64,000 nt of DNA from an uncultured delta proteobacterium (GTDB lineage: Bacteria; Desulfobacterota; Desulfuromonadia; Desulfuromonadales; JACZKF01). Position numbers and translations under genes: made by a program. Position 1 is the first letter of the stretch. Each line of letters starts with the position of its first letter. The stretch covers positions 32,001 through 96,000 of the forward strand of contig CAWFKQ010000016.1 in NCBI GenBank assembly GCA_963816395.1. The letters are read 5' to 3'. Under the pieces are notes generated by a model that saw nothing but the letters and a program-made list of their open reading frames with translations, searched no databases and was not told the origin of the DNA. Of this stretch, positions 39,285-48,575 are shown piece after piece.

Positions 39285-39860
39285 ATGAAAGTCGTGGCAT
39301 TCAGCGGCAGCGCGCGCAAGGACGGCAACACCGCCATCCTGGTGCGGGAGGTCTTCGCCGCTCTGGAAAAGGAAGGGATCGCAACCGAACTGGTGCAGCT
39401 GGCCGGCGAGCGGCTGCGGGGGTGCATTGCCTGCTACCGCTGCTGGGAGACCAAGGACGGCACCTGCGCGGTGAAGGATGACTGCATCAACGACTGCATC
39501 CGCAAGATGACCGAGGCCGACGGCATCATCCTCGCTTCCCCCACCTATTTCGCCGACATCACCACCGAGATCAAGGCGCTGGTGGATCGGGCGGGGATGA
39601 CGACGCGGGCCGGCGGCGACCTGCTGCGGCGCAAGGTAGGGGCCGCCGTCATCGCCGTGCGGCGAGCCGGCGCGATCCATGGTTTCGACTCTCTGAACCA
39701 TTTCTTTCTCATCAACCAGATGATCGTTCCCGGTTCCAGCTACTGGAACGTGGGAGTCGGCCGGGAGGCCGGCGAGGTGGCGAACGATGCGGAGGGGCTG
39801 CAGACGATGCGCACCCTCGGCGAGAACATGGCCTGGCTGCTGAAGAAAATCCACACCTGA
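39285..39860 (+). CDS. Iron-sulfur flavoprotein (Isf/WrbA-like multimeric flavodoxin)
   Basis: [16 protein letters not shown]...C, SPTYF, RRAGA. Confidence 0.9.
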   Translation: MKVVAFSGSARKDGNTAILVREVFAALEKEGIATELVQLAGERLRGCIACYRCWETKDGTCAVKDDCINDCIRKMTEADGIILASPTYFADITTEIKALVDRAGMTTRAGGDLLRRKVGAAVIAVRRAGAIHGFDSLNHFFLINQMIVPGSSYWNVGVGREAGEVANDAEGLQTMRTLGENMAWLLKKIHT

Positions 39861-39868
39861 ACGGGGAG

Positions 39869-40387
39869 GTGAAGATGGAGGTTGCCACGGCCATTGCCGG
39901 CCGCAGAAGCATACGTTCCTACCGGTCGACGCCGGTGGAAGAGGAGAAGCTGAACCGCATCCTGGAGGCGGCGCGGCTTTCTCCTTCCGCCGGCAACCGC
40001 CAGGAGTGGAAGTTCATCGTCGTCCGGGAGCCGAAGACCCGCAGCCGCCTGGCCCGGGCCGCCTGCGACCAGAAGTTCGTCGCCGAGGCCCCGGTGGTGC
40101 TGGTCGCCTGCGCCACGGAATCGTCCAAGATAATGACCTGCGGCCAGCCGGCGTATACGGTCGATCTCTCCATCGCCTTCTCCTATATGATCCTGCAGGC
40201 CTGGGAACTCGGCCTGGGGACCTGCTGGCTGGCGGCCTTCCGGGAGGAGGAAGTGAAGAGCATCCTGGGGATTCCCGAAGCGGTGCGGGTGGTGGCGATG
40301 ACGCCGCTGGGGTATCCGGAGCGGCCGGTGCCGCCGCGGCCGCGCAAGCGGCTGGAGGAGATCGTCAGCTTCGAGCGCTACAGCTGA
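39869..40387 (+). CDS. Nitroreductase family protein
   Basis: [31 protein letters not shown]. Confidence 0.92.
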   Translation: MKMEVATAIAGRRSIRSYRSTPVEEEKLNRILEAARLSPSAGNRQEWKFIVVREPKTRSRLARAACDQKFVAEAPVVLVACATESSKIMTCGQPAYTVDLSIAFSYMILQAWELGLGTCWLAAFREEEVKSILGIPEAVRVVAMTPLGYPERPVPPRPRKRLEEIVSFERYS

Positions 40388-40454
40388 CGCAATCCGTTCC
40401 ACAGGGAAATTGGGCTCACCCGAAGACAAAACGCATGGTTTGGGTTAGAAACCT

Positions 40455-40543
40455 GAACACGGATCAAATCTGATGCACACGGATAAAAATCTGATCTGAA
40501 AAATCAGATTCTTATCAGAGCCTTTTCCGCGTAAATCCGCGTT
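40455..40543. repeat. ACACGGAT-type short repeat element with inverted half
   Basis: acacggatcaaatctgatgcacacggataaaaatctgat ... atcagattcttatcag...tccgcgtaaatccgcgttc; looser relatives at 33530-33620 and 23587-23613. Confidence 0.5.
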
Positions 40544-40656
40544 CCATGCCATTTTCTTTGATTTCTTTTCTCTGCGCCTTTTTGTTTTTTGTGTGCTGCG
40601 GTATCTGGAATGAGTGGTTTCAGGTAATTGCTGCGAAAATTTTTGCGGAGAAGACC

Positions 40657-41538
40657 ATGGACAGAAGAACCTTTGTGCGCTGGCTCGGTCTGCTGCCTCT
40701 GTGCCTGCAGGGGCTGGTGCGTAATCTGTTCGCTGCCGAGGGACCGCTGGTGGCGGTGGCCGAGGGGAGCGACCATGCCGCCGTCGCCCGCCGTGCCCTG
40801 GCCGCCCTGGGCGGCATGGGACATTTCGTCAAGCCGGGGAACACGGTGGTGGTGAAGCCGAACATCGGCTGGGACCGTTCGGCCGAGCTGGCCGCCAATA
40901 CCAACCCGGTGGTGGTCCGGGCGGTGGTGGAGGAATGCCTGAAGGCCGGGGCGAAGAAGGTCAAGGTCTTCGACCGCTCCTGCAACGACGCCCGGCGCTG
41001 CTACGTGAACAGCGGCATCGAGGCGGCGCTGCGGGGGATGCGCGACGTGGACGTGAAGCACATCGAGGAGGAGCGCTTCCGCAAGGTGGCCCTGAACGGC
41101 AAGGCGCTCAGGGAATGGGAGCTGTACGGCGAGGCGCTCGCCGCCGATGTCTTCATCAACCTGCCGGTGGCCAAGCACCACGGCCTGTCGCGCCTGACCC
41201 TGGGGATGAAGAACATCATGGGGATCATGGGGGGAAACCGCGGCGCCATCCACCGGCACCTCGACCAGGCGCTGGCCGATGTCAACGCCGCCTTCAAGAC
41301 CCACCTGACGGTGATCGACGCCACCCGCATCCTCACCGACCACGGGCCCCAGGGGGGCGATCCGGCGGACGTGCAGGTGCGCAACACGGTGATCGCCTCC
41401 ACCGACATCGTGGCGGCCGACGCCTACGCCACCACCCTCTTCGGCCTCCAGCCCGCCGATATCGCCGTGACCGTCGCCGCCTACCGGCGCGGTCTCGGGG
41501 AAATGGACCTGCAGCGGATGCAGATCGTGAAAACGTAA
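40657..41538 (+). CDS. DUF362 domain protein with Tat-like signal
   Basis: MDRRTF; VVVKPNIGWDR, NTNP, INLPVAKHH, TLGMKN.MG, DIVAADA. Confidence 0.85.
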   Translation: MDRRTFVRWLGLLPLCLQGLVRNLFAAEGPLVAVAEGSDHAAVARRALAALGGMGHFVKPGNTVVVKPNIGWDRSAELAANTNPVVVRAVVEECLKAGAKKVKVFDRSCNDARRCYVNSGIEAALRGMRDVDVKHIEEERFRKVALNGKALREWELYGEALAADVFINLPVAKHHGLSRLTLGMKNIMGIMGGNRGAIHRHLDQALADVNAAFKTHLTVIDATRILTDHGPQGGDPADVQVRNTVIASTDIVAADAYATTLFGLQPADIAVTVAAYRRGLGEMDLQRMQIVKT

Positions 41539-41637
41539 GAAGCGAGATAGTCAGAAGCGAGATAGCGAGGTAGTCGGTTCAAAGGCAGTGATGAAAGACC
41601 TTACTATCTCGCTATCTCACTAGCTCACTGCCTGACT
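41539..41637. repeat. Octamer array TAGCGAGA followed by its reverse complement
   Basis: aagcgagatagtcagaagcgagatagcgaggtag ... ctatctcgctatctcactagctcact. Confidence 0.7.
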
Positions 41638-41645
41638 GGATTTCC

Positions 41646-43194
41646 ATGAAGTTCACCACCGCCCGCATTTCCCAGCTCCTGTTCCTGGCGCTGTTTCTGG
41701 TCCTCTTCCTGCTGACCGAGTACCGGGGGAGCGACCGCATCGTCGCGGCGGTGAACGGTTTCTTCCGCGCCGATCCCCTCACCGCCGTCAGCACCCTGCT
41801 GGCGGAAAAGGCCTTTCTGCCCCTGCTGCTGCCGGGGCTGCTGGTCTTCCTCTTCTCCTTCCTCCTCGGGACGCTTCTTCTGCGGCTGGATCTGCCCGCT
41901 GGGGACGGTGCTCGACCTGGTGACCGGCAGGATCCGCAAGACCGCTCCCCTGCGCTGGCTGCGGGGGCGTCTGAAATACTGGCTGCTGCTGCCGCTGCTC
42001 TCCGCCGCCCTGCTCAACCTCAATCTGGCGGGACTGCTCGATCCGATCGCCATCCTCCTGCGCGCCCTCACCTTCTTCGTCCATCCCCTGCTCGGTGAAA
42101 CCGTGCGCGGCGGCTGGGTCGGTCTCTACCGGCTGCTGGGGGATCGGCGGGACCTGCTCGATCCCGGCTACCGGCTGGTCCGCGACTATCTGCTGCCGTT
42201 CCGGGAGACGCTCTACCCGCTGGCCTTCCTGTCGGCCCTCCTGTTCTTCCTGATCCTCTTTCTGGAGCGCTTCGAGCGGCGCAACTGGTGCCGCAACCTC
42301 TGCCCCCTCGGCACCCTGCTCGGGCTGGCCGCCCGCTTCTCGCCGCTCAGCCGGGTGCCGTCCCGGCTCTGCCCCGACTGCCAGGGGTGCCGCGACATCT
42401 GCCCGAGCGGTTTCGAGCGGGAGCTGCTGCAGAAGGAGGAGTGCCTGTTGTGCCTGGAATGCGTCTTGAAGTGCCCTTCGCAGCGGGTGCGCTTCCGTTT
42501 CGGCCGCAGCCGGACGAAACCCGCTCCGGCCATGCAGCGACGGGTGCTGCTCGGGGGGATCCTCTCCGGCGTTCTGCTGGCGCGGCTGTTCCGCTTTCGC
42601 GACCCGGTGGCCCAGGCCCGTTTCCTGCGGCCGCCCGGGGTGCGCGAAGAGGGGGAATTTCTGAAAAAGTGCGTGCGCTGCGGCGAGTGCATGAAAGTCT
42701 GCCTGCGCAGCGCCCTCTATCCGGCCGCCCTGCAGGCCGGTATTGAAGGGATGTACACGCCGGTTCTGGTGCCGCGGCTCGGCTACTGCGAGTACAACTG
42801 CACTCTCTGCGGCCAGGTCTGCCCCACTGGCGCCGTCCCCGATCTGCCGGCGGCGGAAAAGAAACGGCAGGTGATCGGCAAGGCCGTCTTCCTCAAGGAC
42901 CATTGTCTCCCCTTTGCCAAGAGGATGAACTGCATCGTCTGCGAGGAGCACTGTCCGATTCCGCAGAAGGCGATCCGCTCGGAGGAGGTGGCGGAGATCG
43001 ATTTCCGCGGGCATCCGGTGCGGGTGAAGAGGCCGTACGTGGTGGACGAGTTGTGCAACGGCTGCGGCATCTGCGAGAATGTCTGTCCGCTGGAGGGGCG
43101 GGCGGGGATCGAGGTTTACGCGGTCAAGGACCGCACGCCCCTGGCGGCGCCCGGTCGGGACGCCGCATTTACTGAAAATGACCCCTACCGGTGA
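41646..43194 (+). CDS. Membrane polyferredoxin, NapH/MauN-like fused to NapG/MauM-like (frameshift near 41870)
   Basis: TM segments, FFCGWICPLG, WCRNLCPLG, LRPPG, CVRCGECMKVC, CEYNCTLCGQVCPTGA, CIVCEEHCP, CNGCGICENVCP. Confidence 0.85.
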
Positions 43195-43232
43195 TCGTTG
43201 CCGGATTGCTGACCAGGAAGGAGGAGTGACCG

Positions 43233-44073
43233 ATGGAACAGGTGATTCGCGAGGAGATCCGGCGCTTTTTGCGGGAGTGTCCGGAAAACCGTTTTCCGCA
43301 GGGCGATGCCCCCTATTTCGATGAGCCGCTGATCGGCTTCGCTGCCGCCGCCGACCCGCTCTTCGGTGAGTACAAGACGATCATCGGCGACTTTTCACCT
43401 GACGCCGCAGGAACTGATGACGGCGGCCTTCGGCCCGCAGGCGGCGGCCGCCACCGTCATCGTCTGGTCGCTGCCGATTACCAGGGTGACCCGCGAGAGC
43501 AATCGGCGGGAGGAGCGCTGGCCTTCCCGGCCCTGGGCGCAGACCCGGAGTTTCGGTGAAGTCTGCAATGTGGCGCTGCGCCGGCACCTGATCGCCTTCC
43601 TCAGCGGGCACGGCCACCGGGCACTGGCGCCCCAGCTCTCGCCGGTCTGGAAGGAATTCGGCGACACCCCCGTCGGCATCGCCTCCGCCTGGTCGGAGCG
43701 GCATGCCGCCTATGCCGCCGGCCTCGGCACCTTCAGCCTCAACGATGCCCTGATCACGCCGCGGGGCATCGCCCACCGCCTCGGCAGCGTGGTCACCGAC
43801 CTGATCGTGGCGCCCAGTGATAGACGCTGGCCCGACCACCGGCACAACTGTCTCCACTACCGGGAGGGGACCTGCGGCCTGTGCATCGAACGCTGCCCGG
43901 TGGGTGCCCTGTCCCGCCAGGGCCACGACAAGTACCGCTGCCGGGAGTACGTTTACGGAGAGGTGCCGCGGGCGGTCGGTGAGCAGTACCAAGTTCCCCA
44001 TACCGGCTGCGGCCTCTGCCAGACCAGGGTCCCCTGCGAGGCTCAGGTGCCGCCTGGGAGGAGCAAAGAGTAG
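43233..44073 (+). CDS. QueG-like (epoxyqueuosine reductase superfamily) 4Fe-4S protein (frameshift near 43393)
   Basis: FDEPLIGFAAAADPLF, WSERHAAYAAGLGTFSLN, RLGSVVT, CGLCIERCPVGA, CGLCQTRVPC. Confidence 0.75.
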
Positions 44074-44111
44074 AATACAAAACCGCCATCCTTCAGCTGG
44101 CGCCTCAGAAG

Positions 44112-44133
44112 TCCCCTCTCCCAGGAGAGGGGA
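44112..44133. repeat. REP-like palindrome
   Basis: tcccctctcc-ca-ggagagggga. Confidence 0.5.
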
Positions 44134-44186
44134 ATCGGCACCGATCCGGAAACAAATTGGTTTATAGAAGGATTAGAAGGAGTCCC

Positions 44187-46206
44187 ATGAGCGATATCGT
44201 ACGTTCCGTCTGCCCTTTCGACTGTCCCGATGCCTGCGGCCTGCTGGTGGAGGTGGAGGAAAATCGGGCGGTACGGGTGAGCGGCGATCCCGAGCATCCC
44301 TTCACCCGCGGCACCTTGTGCCCGAAGATGCTCCATTACGAACGCACCGTGCACTCGCCGCGCCGGTTGACTACTCCCCTGCGCCGCAGCGGCGCCAAGG
44401 GGAGCGGCGCCTTCGTCCCCATCGGCTGGGAGGAGGCGATCGCCACCATCGCCGGTCGCTGGCGCGAGATCATCGCCCGGCACGGGGCGGAGGCGATCCT
44501 CCCCTACTCCTACGCCGGCACCATGGGGCTTATCCAGCGCAACGCCGGCCACCCCTTCTTCCACCGGCTGGGCGCCTCGCGCCTGGCCCGCACCATCTGC
44601 TCCCCGGCCAAGGGGGCCGGCTGGAAGGCGGTCATGGGGGAAACCCCGGGGCCGCACCCGGACACCGTCATGGCGAGCGACCTGGTGATCCTCTGGGGGA
44701 TCAACGCCGCCGCCACCAGCATCCACTTCCTGCACGGGGTGCGCGAGGCCAGGCGGCGCGGGGCGAAGGTCTGGCTGATCGACACCTACCGGACGCCGAC
44801 CGCCGGGGCGGCCGACGAGCTCTTCCTGGTGCGGCCGGGGAGCGACGGCGCCCTCGCCCTGGGGATGATGCATGTGCTGGCCGCGGAGGGGCTGCTCGAT
44901 AGCTCCTTCATAGAAGCGCACGTGCAGGGATTCCAGGAACTGCGCGAAAAGGTCCTTCCCGACTACCCGCCGGAGCGCGTTGCCGAAATCACCGGCCTGC
45001 CGGCCGCCGTTATCCTCGACATGGCAAGGCGCTTCGGCCGCGCCCGGGCGCCCTTTATCCGCCTGGGGAGCGGTCTGAGCCGTTACGGCAACGGCGCCAT
45101 GACGGTGCGCTGCATCGTCGCCCTGCCGGCCCTGGTCGGCGCCTATGGCAGGGAGGGCGGGGGCTGCCTGGCTTCGACCAGTTCCGGCGCCGCCATCGCC
45201 ATGGCCGAGGTGACGCGCGAGGACTTCATGCCCCGCCCGACCCGGACCATCAACATGATCCGTCTCGGGCAGGCGCTGAATGAGCTGGGGGACCCGCCGG
45301 TCATGTCCCTCTATGTCTATCACTCCAACCCCGCCGCCGTCGCCCCCGACCAGAACGCCGTCCTGCGCGGGCTCGCCCGCGAGGACCTGTTCACCGTGGT
45401 GCACGAACGCTTTCTCACCGATACCGCCCGCTGGGCCGACCTCGTGCTGCCGGCGACCTCCTCCCTGGAGCACTCCGATCTCTACAACAGCTACGGCACC
45501 TACTGCATCCAGCGGGCGGCCGCCGCCGTGCCGGCGGTGGGGGAGAGCAAGTCGAACTGGGAGGTCTTTTCCCTGCTCGCCGCCGCCATGGGCTTTGCCG
45601 AACCCTTTTTCCGCCAGAGCGCCGACGTCCTGATCGACCACCTCCTCGCCCTGCCGGCATCCATGCGCGAAGGAATCGACCTCGCCAGTTTCGCCGCGGG
45701 GAAGGCGGTCGAACTTTCCTTGCCGCCAGCGGCGGCAAGTGACCTTCCGCACCCCTTCCGGGCGGGTCGAGATCCTCAACCCGGCCGAGCCGGAGCCGCT
45801 CCTCCGCTACCTGCCCACGCATGCCGAGGCGGAGGCGGCGGAGTTCCCTTTGCGGCTGATGACCGCCCCGCATCCCTTCGCCCTCAACTCCACCTTCAAT
45901 GAGCAGCCGGAGCTGCGCCGGCGGCAGCGGGGGATGCAGCTCCTCCTGCACCCGGCGGAGGCGGCGGCCCGCGGGCTGGCGGACGGACAGCGGGTGCTCG
46001 CCGGCAACCGGCTGGGGGAGGCGCTCTTCTTCCTGCAGATCACCGACCGGGTGCCGGCGGGGATCGCCGTCGCCGAAGGGGTCTGGTGGCGGGAGTTCGC
46101 CCCCGGCGAACGCACCGTCAACGCCCTCACCTCCCAGCGCCTGACCGACCGGGGGGAAGGGAGCACCTTTTACGACAACGCCGTCGAGGTACGGGGGGCG
46201 CCGTGA
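44187..46206 (+). CDS. Molybdopterin (bis-MGD) oxidoreductase catalytic subunit, cytoplasmic (frameshift near 45740)
   Basis: CPFDCPDAC...LCPK Fe-S motif, YSYAGTMG, RTICS, SNPA, TDTARWADLVLPA; molydop-binding domain (FRTPSGRVE...LNSTF) in the next frame; no Tat signal. Confidence 0.88.
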
Positions 46207-46685
46207 AGATCCGGATCATCACCACCGGCGGGACGATCGACAAGATTTACTTCGATCAGTTGAGCGAATTCCAGGTGGGGGAGCCGCAGATCGGCGAGGT
46301 GCTGCGGGAGACCGGCGTCGCCTTCGACTACGAGATCGAATCGATCCTGCGCAAGGACAGCCTCGACCTGGACGCTGCCGACCGCCGGCTGATCCGCGAG
46401 GCGGTGGTGCGGGCGCCGGAGGACCGCATCCTGGTAACGCACGGCACCGATACCATGATCGAGACCGCCCGCGCCCTCGACGGCATTCCGGGAAAGACCG
46501 TCGTGCTCACCGGCGCCCTGCAGCCGGCGCGCTTCCGGCAGACCGACGCGGTCTTCAACATCGGCGCCGCCGTGCTGGCGGTGCAGCTGCTTGGCGAAGG
46601 GGTCTGGCTGGTCATGAACGGCCGGGTGTTCGATCCGCGGCGGGCGCGGAAGAACCGGCAGGCGAATCGGTTCGAGGCGGAATAG
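46203..46685 (+). CDS. Short-chain L-asparaginase (N-terminal domain only)
   Basis: TGGTIDK, HGTDTM, LTGALQP; 160 aa; GTGA coupling to the upstream gene. Confidence 0.85.
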   Translation: MKIRIITTGGTIDKIYFDQLSEFQVGEPQIGEVLRETGVAFDYEIESILRKDSLDLDAADRRLIREAVVRAPEDRILVTHGTDTMIETARALDGIPGKTVVLTGALQPARFRQTDAVFNIGAAVLAVQLLGEGVWLVMNGRVFDPRRARKNRQANRFEAE

Positions 46686-47637
46686 ACCCTCTCCCCCGGC
46701 CGCTGCCCCCCGGCCAGACCGTCGTCTCCAGCGGTTCCTTGAAGGTGAGGGTGCGGTAGGGGAAGGGGATCTCGATGCCGGCGGCGTCGAGGGCCTTCTT
46801 CACGGCCAGGACCACCTCGCCCCGCGACCGGCGCAGGTCCACCGGCTTGGGCCCGGTCCACCAGGTCACCTCGATGTCGATGCTGCTTTCCCCGAAACCG
46901 GCGGCGAAGACCTGGACCGGCTGCTCCTGCATGACCGTCGGGCACCCCGTCAGCGCCTGCTGAATGACCCGCACCGCCGCCTCCGCGTCCTCGCCATAGG
47001 CGATCCCGACGGTGATGGAGATCCGCCGGCGCGGTCGGTCGGTGAAGATGCGCACCGGGTTCTTGAACAGGAAGGAGTTGGGGAGCACCACCAGTTCGCC
47101 GGTAGTTTCGCGGACCAGGGTCATGCGGACGGTGACGTCCACCACCCGGCCGCTGATCCCCTCCACTTCGAGATAGTCGCCGTTCTCGAAGGGGAAGCGC
47201 CAGAGGATCAGGATGCCGGCGAAGAAGTTTTCGAAGATGTCCTTGAAGGCGAAACCGACCGCCAGGGAAGCGATGCCCAGGGTGCCCAGGGCGCTGGCCG
47301 GGGTCAGGCCGGGAAAGATCATCGTGGCGGCCAGCAGCAGCCCCAGCATCCAGATGCCGATGGTGATCAGGCGGACGAAGAGCGCCCGCAGGGACCCGCT
47401 CATATGGAAGCGTCCGAGCACCCGCTCCCCGAAACGGGAGAAGCCCCAGGCGATCAGCCAGGTGAGCAGGATCAGGAGCACCCCGGCGCAGAGGAAGGGG
47501 AGATGGGCGACGAACTTGAGCCAGAGGCCCAGCACCGTCGACCGCAGCGTTTTCACCGCCAGATCGACGACCTGGTCACCCTGGCCGGCGGCCGCCAATA
47601 AGTCGGCCGGCAGCGAATATACGGTTAGCTTGCGCAA
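46612..47637 (-). CDS. MscS-family mechanosensitive channel
   Basis: AVGFAFKDIFENFFAG, PFENGD, LPNS, GIAYGED, GIEIPFP. Confidence 0.88.
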   Translation of the reverse strand: MRKLTVYSLPADLLAAAGQGDQVVDLAVKTLRSTVLGLWLKFVAHLPFLCAGVLLILLTWLIAWGFSRFGERVLGRFHMSGSLRALFVRLITIGIWMLGLLLAATMIFPGLTPASALGTLGIASLAVGFAFKDIFENFFAGILILWRFPFENGDYLEVEGISGRVVDVTVRMTLVRETTGELVVLPNSFLFKNPVRIFTDRPRRRISITVGIAYGEDAEAAVRVIQQALTGCPTVMQEQPVQVFAAGFGESSIDIEVTWWTGPKPVDLRRSRGEVVLAVKKALDAAGIEIPFPYRTLTFKEPLETTVWPGGSGRGRGSIPPRTDSPAGSSAPAADRTPGRS

Positions 47638-47850
47638 GGGAGTTCTCCGGCTGAATGCCTGTTGCCATTTTTAATTATAGTTCCCCTCGCCGGCGGTGCA
47701 GCCCCTGCCCCATTTTTTCCGTTCCCCATCTCAATCAGTCCGAGCGACAGGGGGCGGCAGCGCGAAACTTTTCGTCGGTAGGGCACGGCAACGCCTCCCG
47801 GTTGACTTCCTCTGGCCGCATGTTATCTGTGAACGGAAAAGGAGGTGGCC

Positions 47851-48513
47851 ATGGCGGATCGGCCCGAACTGATCAGTTTCAAGCTCTGACCCTACGTCCA
47901 GAGGGCGGTCGTCCTGCTGAACGAGAAAGGGGTCGAGCACGACGTCACCTACATCGACCTGAAGAACAAGCCCGACTGGTTCCTGCGCCTCTCCCCCCTG
48001 GGCAAGGTCCCCGTCCTCAAGGTGGGGGAGGCGGTCCTCTTCGAATCGGCGGTCATCTGCGAGTACCTCGACGAGGTCCATCCGCCCTCCCTGCACCCGG
48101 CCGATCCGCTGCGCAAAGCGGTGAACCGCGCCTGGATGGAGTTCTCCTCGGAGCTGTTCGTCGACCTCTACCGCCTGGCGACGGCCGCCGAGCGGGAGGC
48201 TTTCGAGACGAGCCGCCGGGCCGCCCGGGAGAAGCTGGAGCGGCTGGAAGGGCAGGTCGGCGGTCCCTTCTTCAACGGTTCCGGGTTCTCTCTCGTCGAT
48301 GCCGCCATCGCCCCGGCTTTCATGCGCATTTCCCTGCTGGAGGAGGTCCGGCCGATGGGGCTGCTGGAGGGACTGCCGAAGGTGCAGCGCTGGAGCGACA
48401 GTCTGCTGGAGCGGGAGTCGGTGCGAACGTCGGTCGTCGACGAGTTCCCGGCCCTGTTCCGCGATTATCTCGCCGCCGGCGGCGGCTACCTGGCGCGGGG
48501 GGGTGGAGATTAG
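47851..48513 (+). CDS. Glutathione S-transferase (omega-like), probable selenoprotein with Sec13
   Basis: SD aaggaggt; MADRPELISFKL-TGA-PYVQR...IDLKNKPDWFLRLSPLGKVPVL...LFESAVICEYLDE; TGA 47887-47889 sits at the Cys of the usual CPY motif; in frame with ORF 48022-48513. Confidence 0.88.
47887..47934 (+). promoter_or_regulatory. Bacterial SECIS-like stem-loop
   Basis: Apical cag-agggc[ggtc]gtcct-g-ctg with the loop starting on G 18 nt after TGA; lower stem gaccct/ggggtc. Confidence 0.7.
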
Positions 48514-48575
48514 CTAAACCAAGTCACCCGATCGCTCGCACCGGCAGGTAAGGCAATTTTCAGTAAATGGGATCC

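Noticed and set aside
39116..39288. Long C-terminal extension of the RND permease
   Set aside because: Low-complexity translation that overlaps a sigma70-like promoter; probably a missed stop caused by an indel.
1385..45779. Long antisense or alternate-frame ORFs (e.g. 1385-3727, 19358-21154, 23547-25832, 44043-45779)
   Set aside because: Shadow ORFs expected from high-GC codon bias opposite well-supported genes; no recognisable motifs.
46612..46685. Functional 74-bp convergent overlap of mscS and asparaginase
   Set aside because: The mscS tail is non-conserved-looking and passes G-runs, so it may be an indel artefact.
47887..47889. GST as a nonsense pseudogene
   Set aside because: The TGA sits exactly at the catalytic Cys, is followed by a SECIS-like hairpin, and the rest of the gene is intact.
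48514..48575. tRNA or att site at the island edge
   Set aside because: No cloverleaf, T-loop motif or recognisable repeat is visible.
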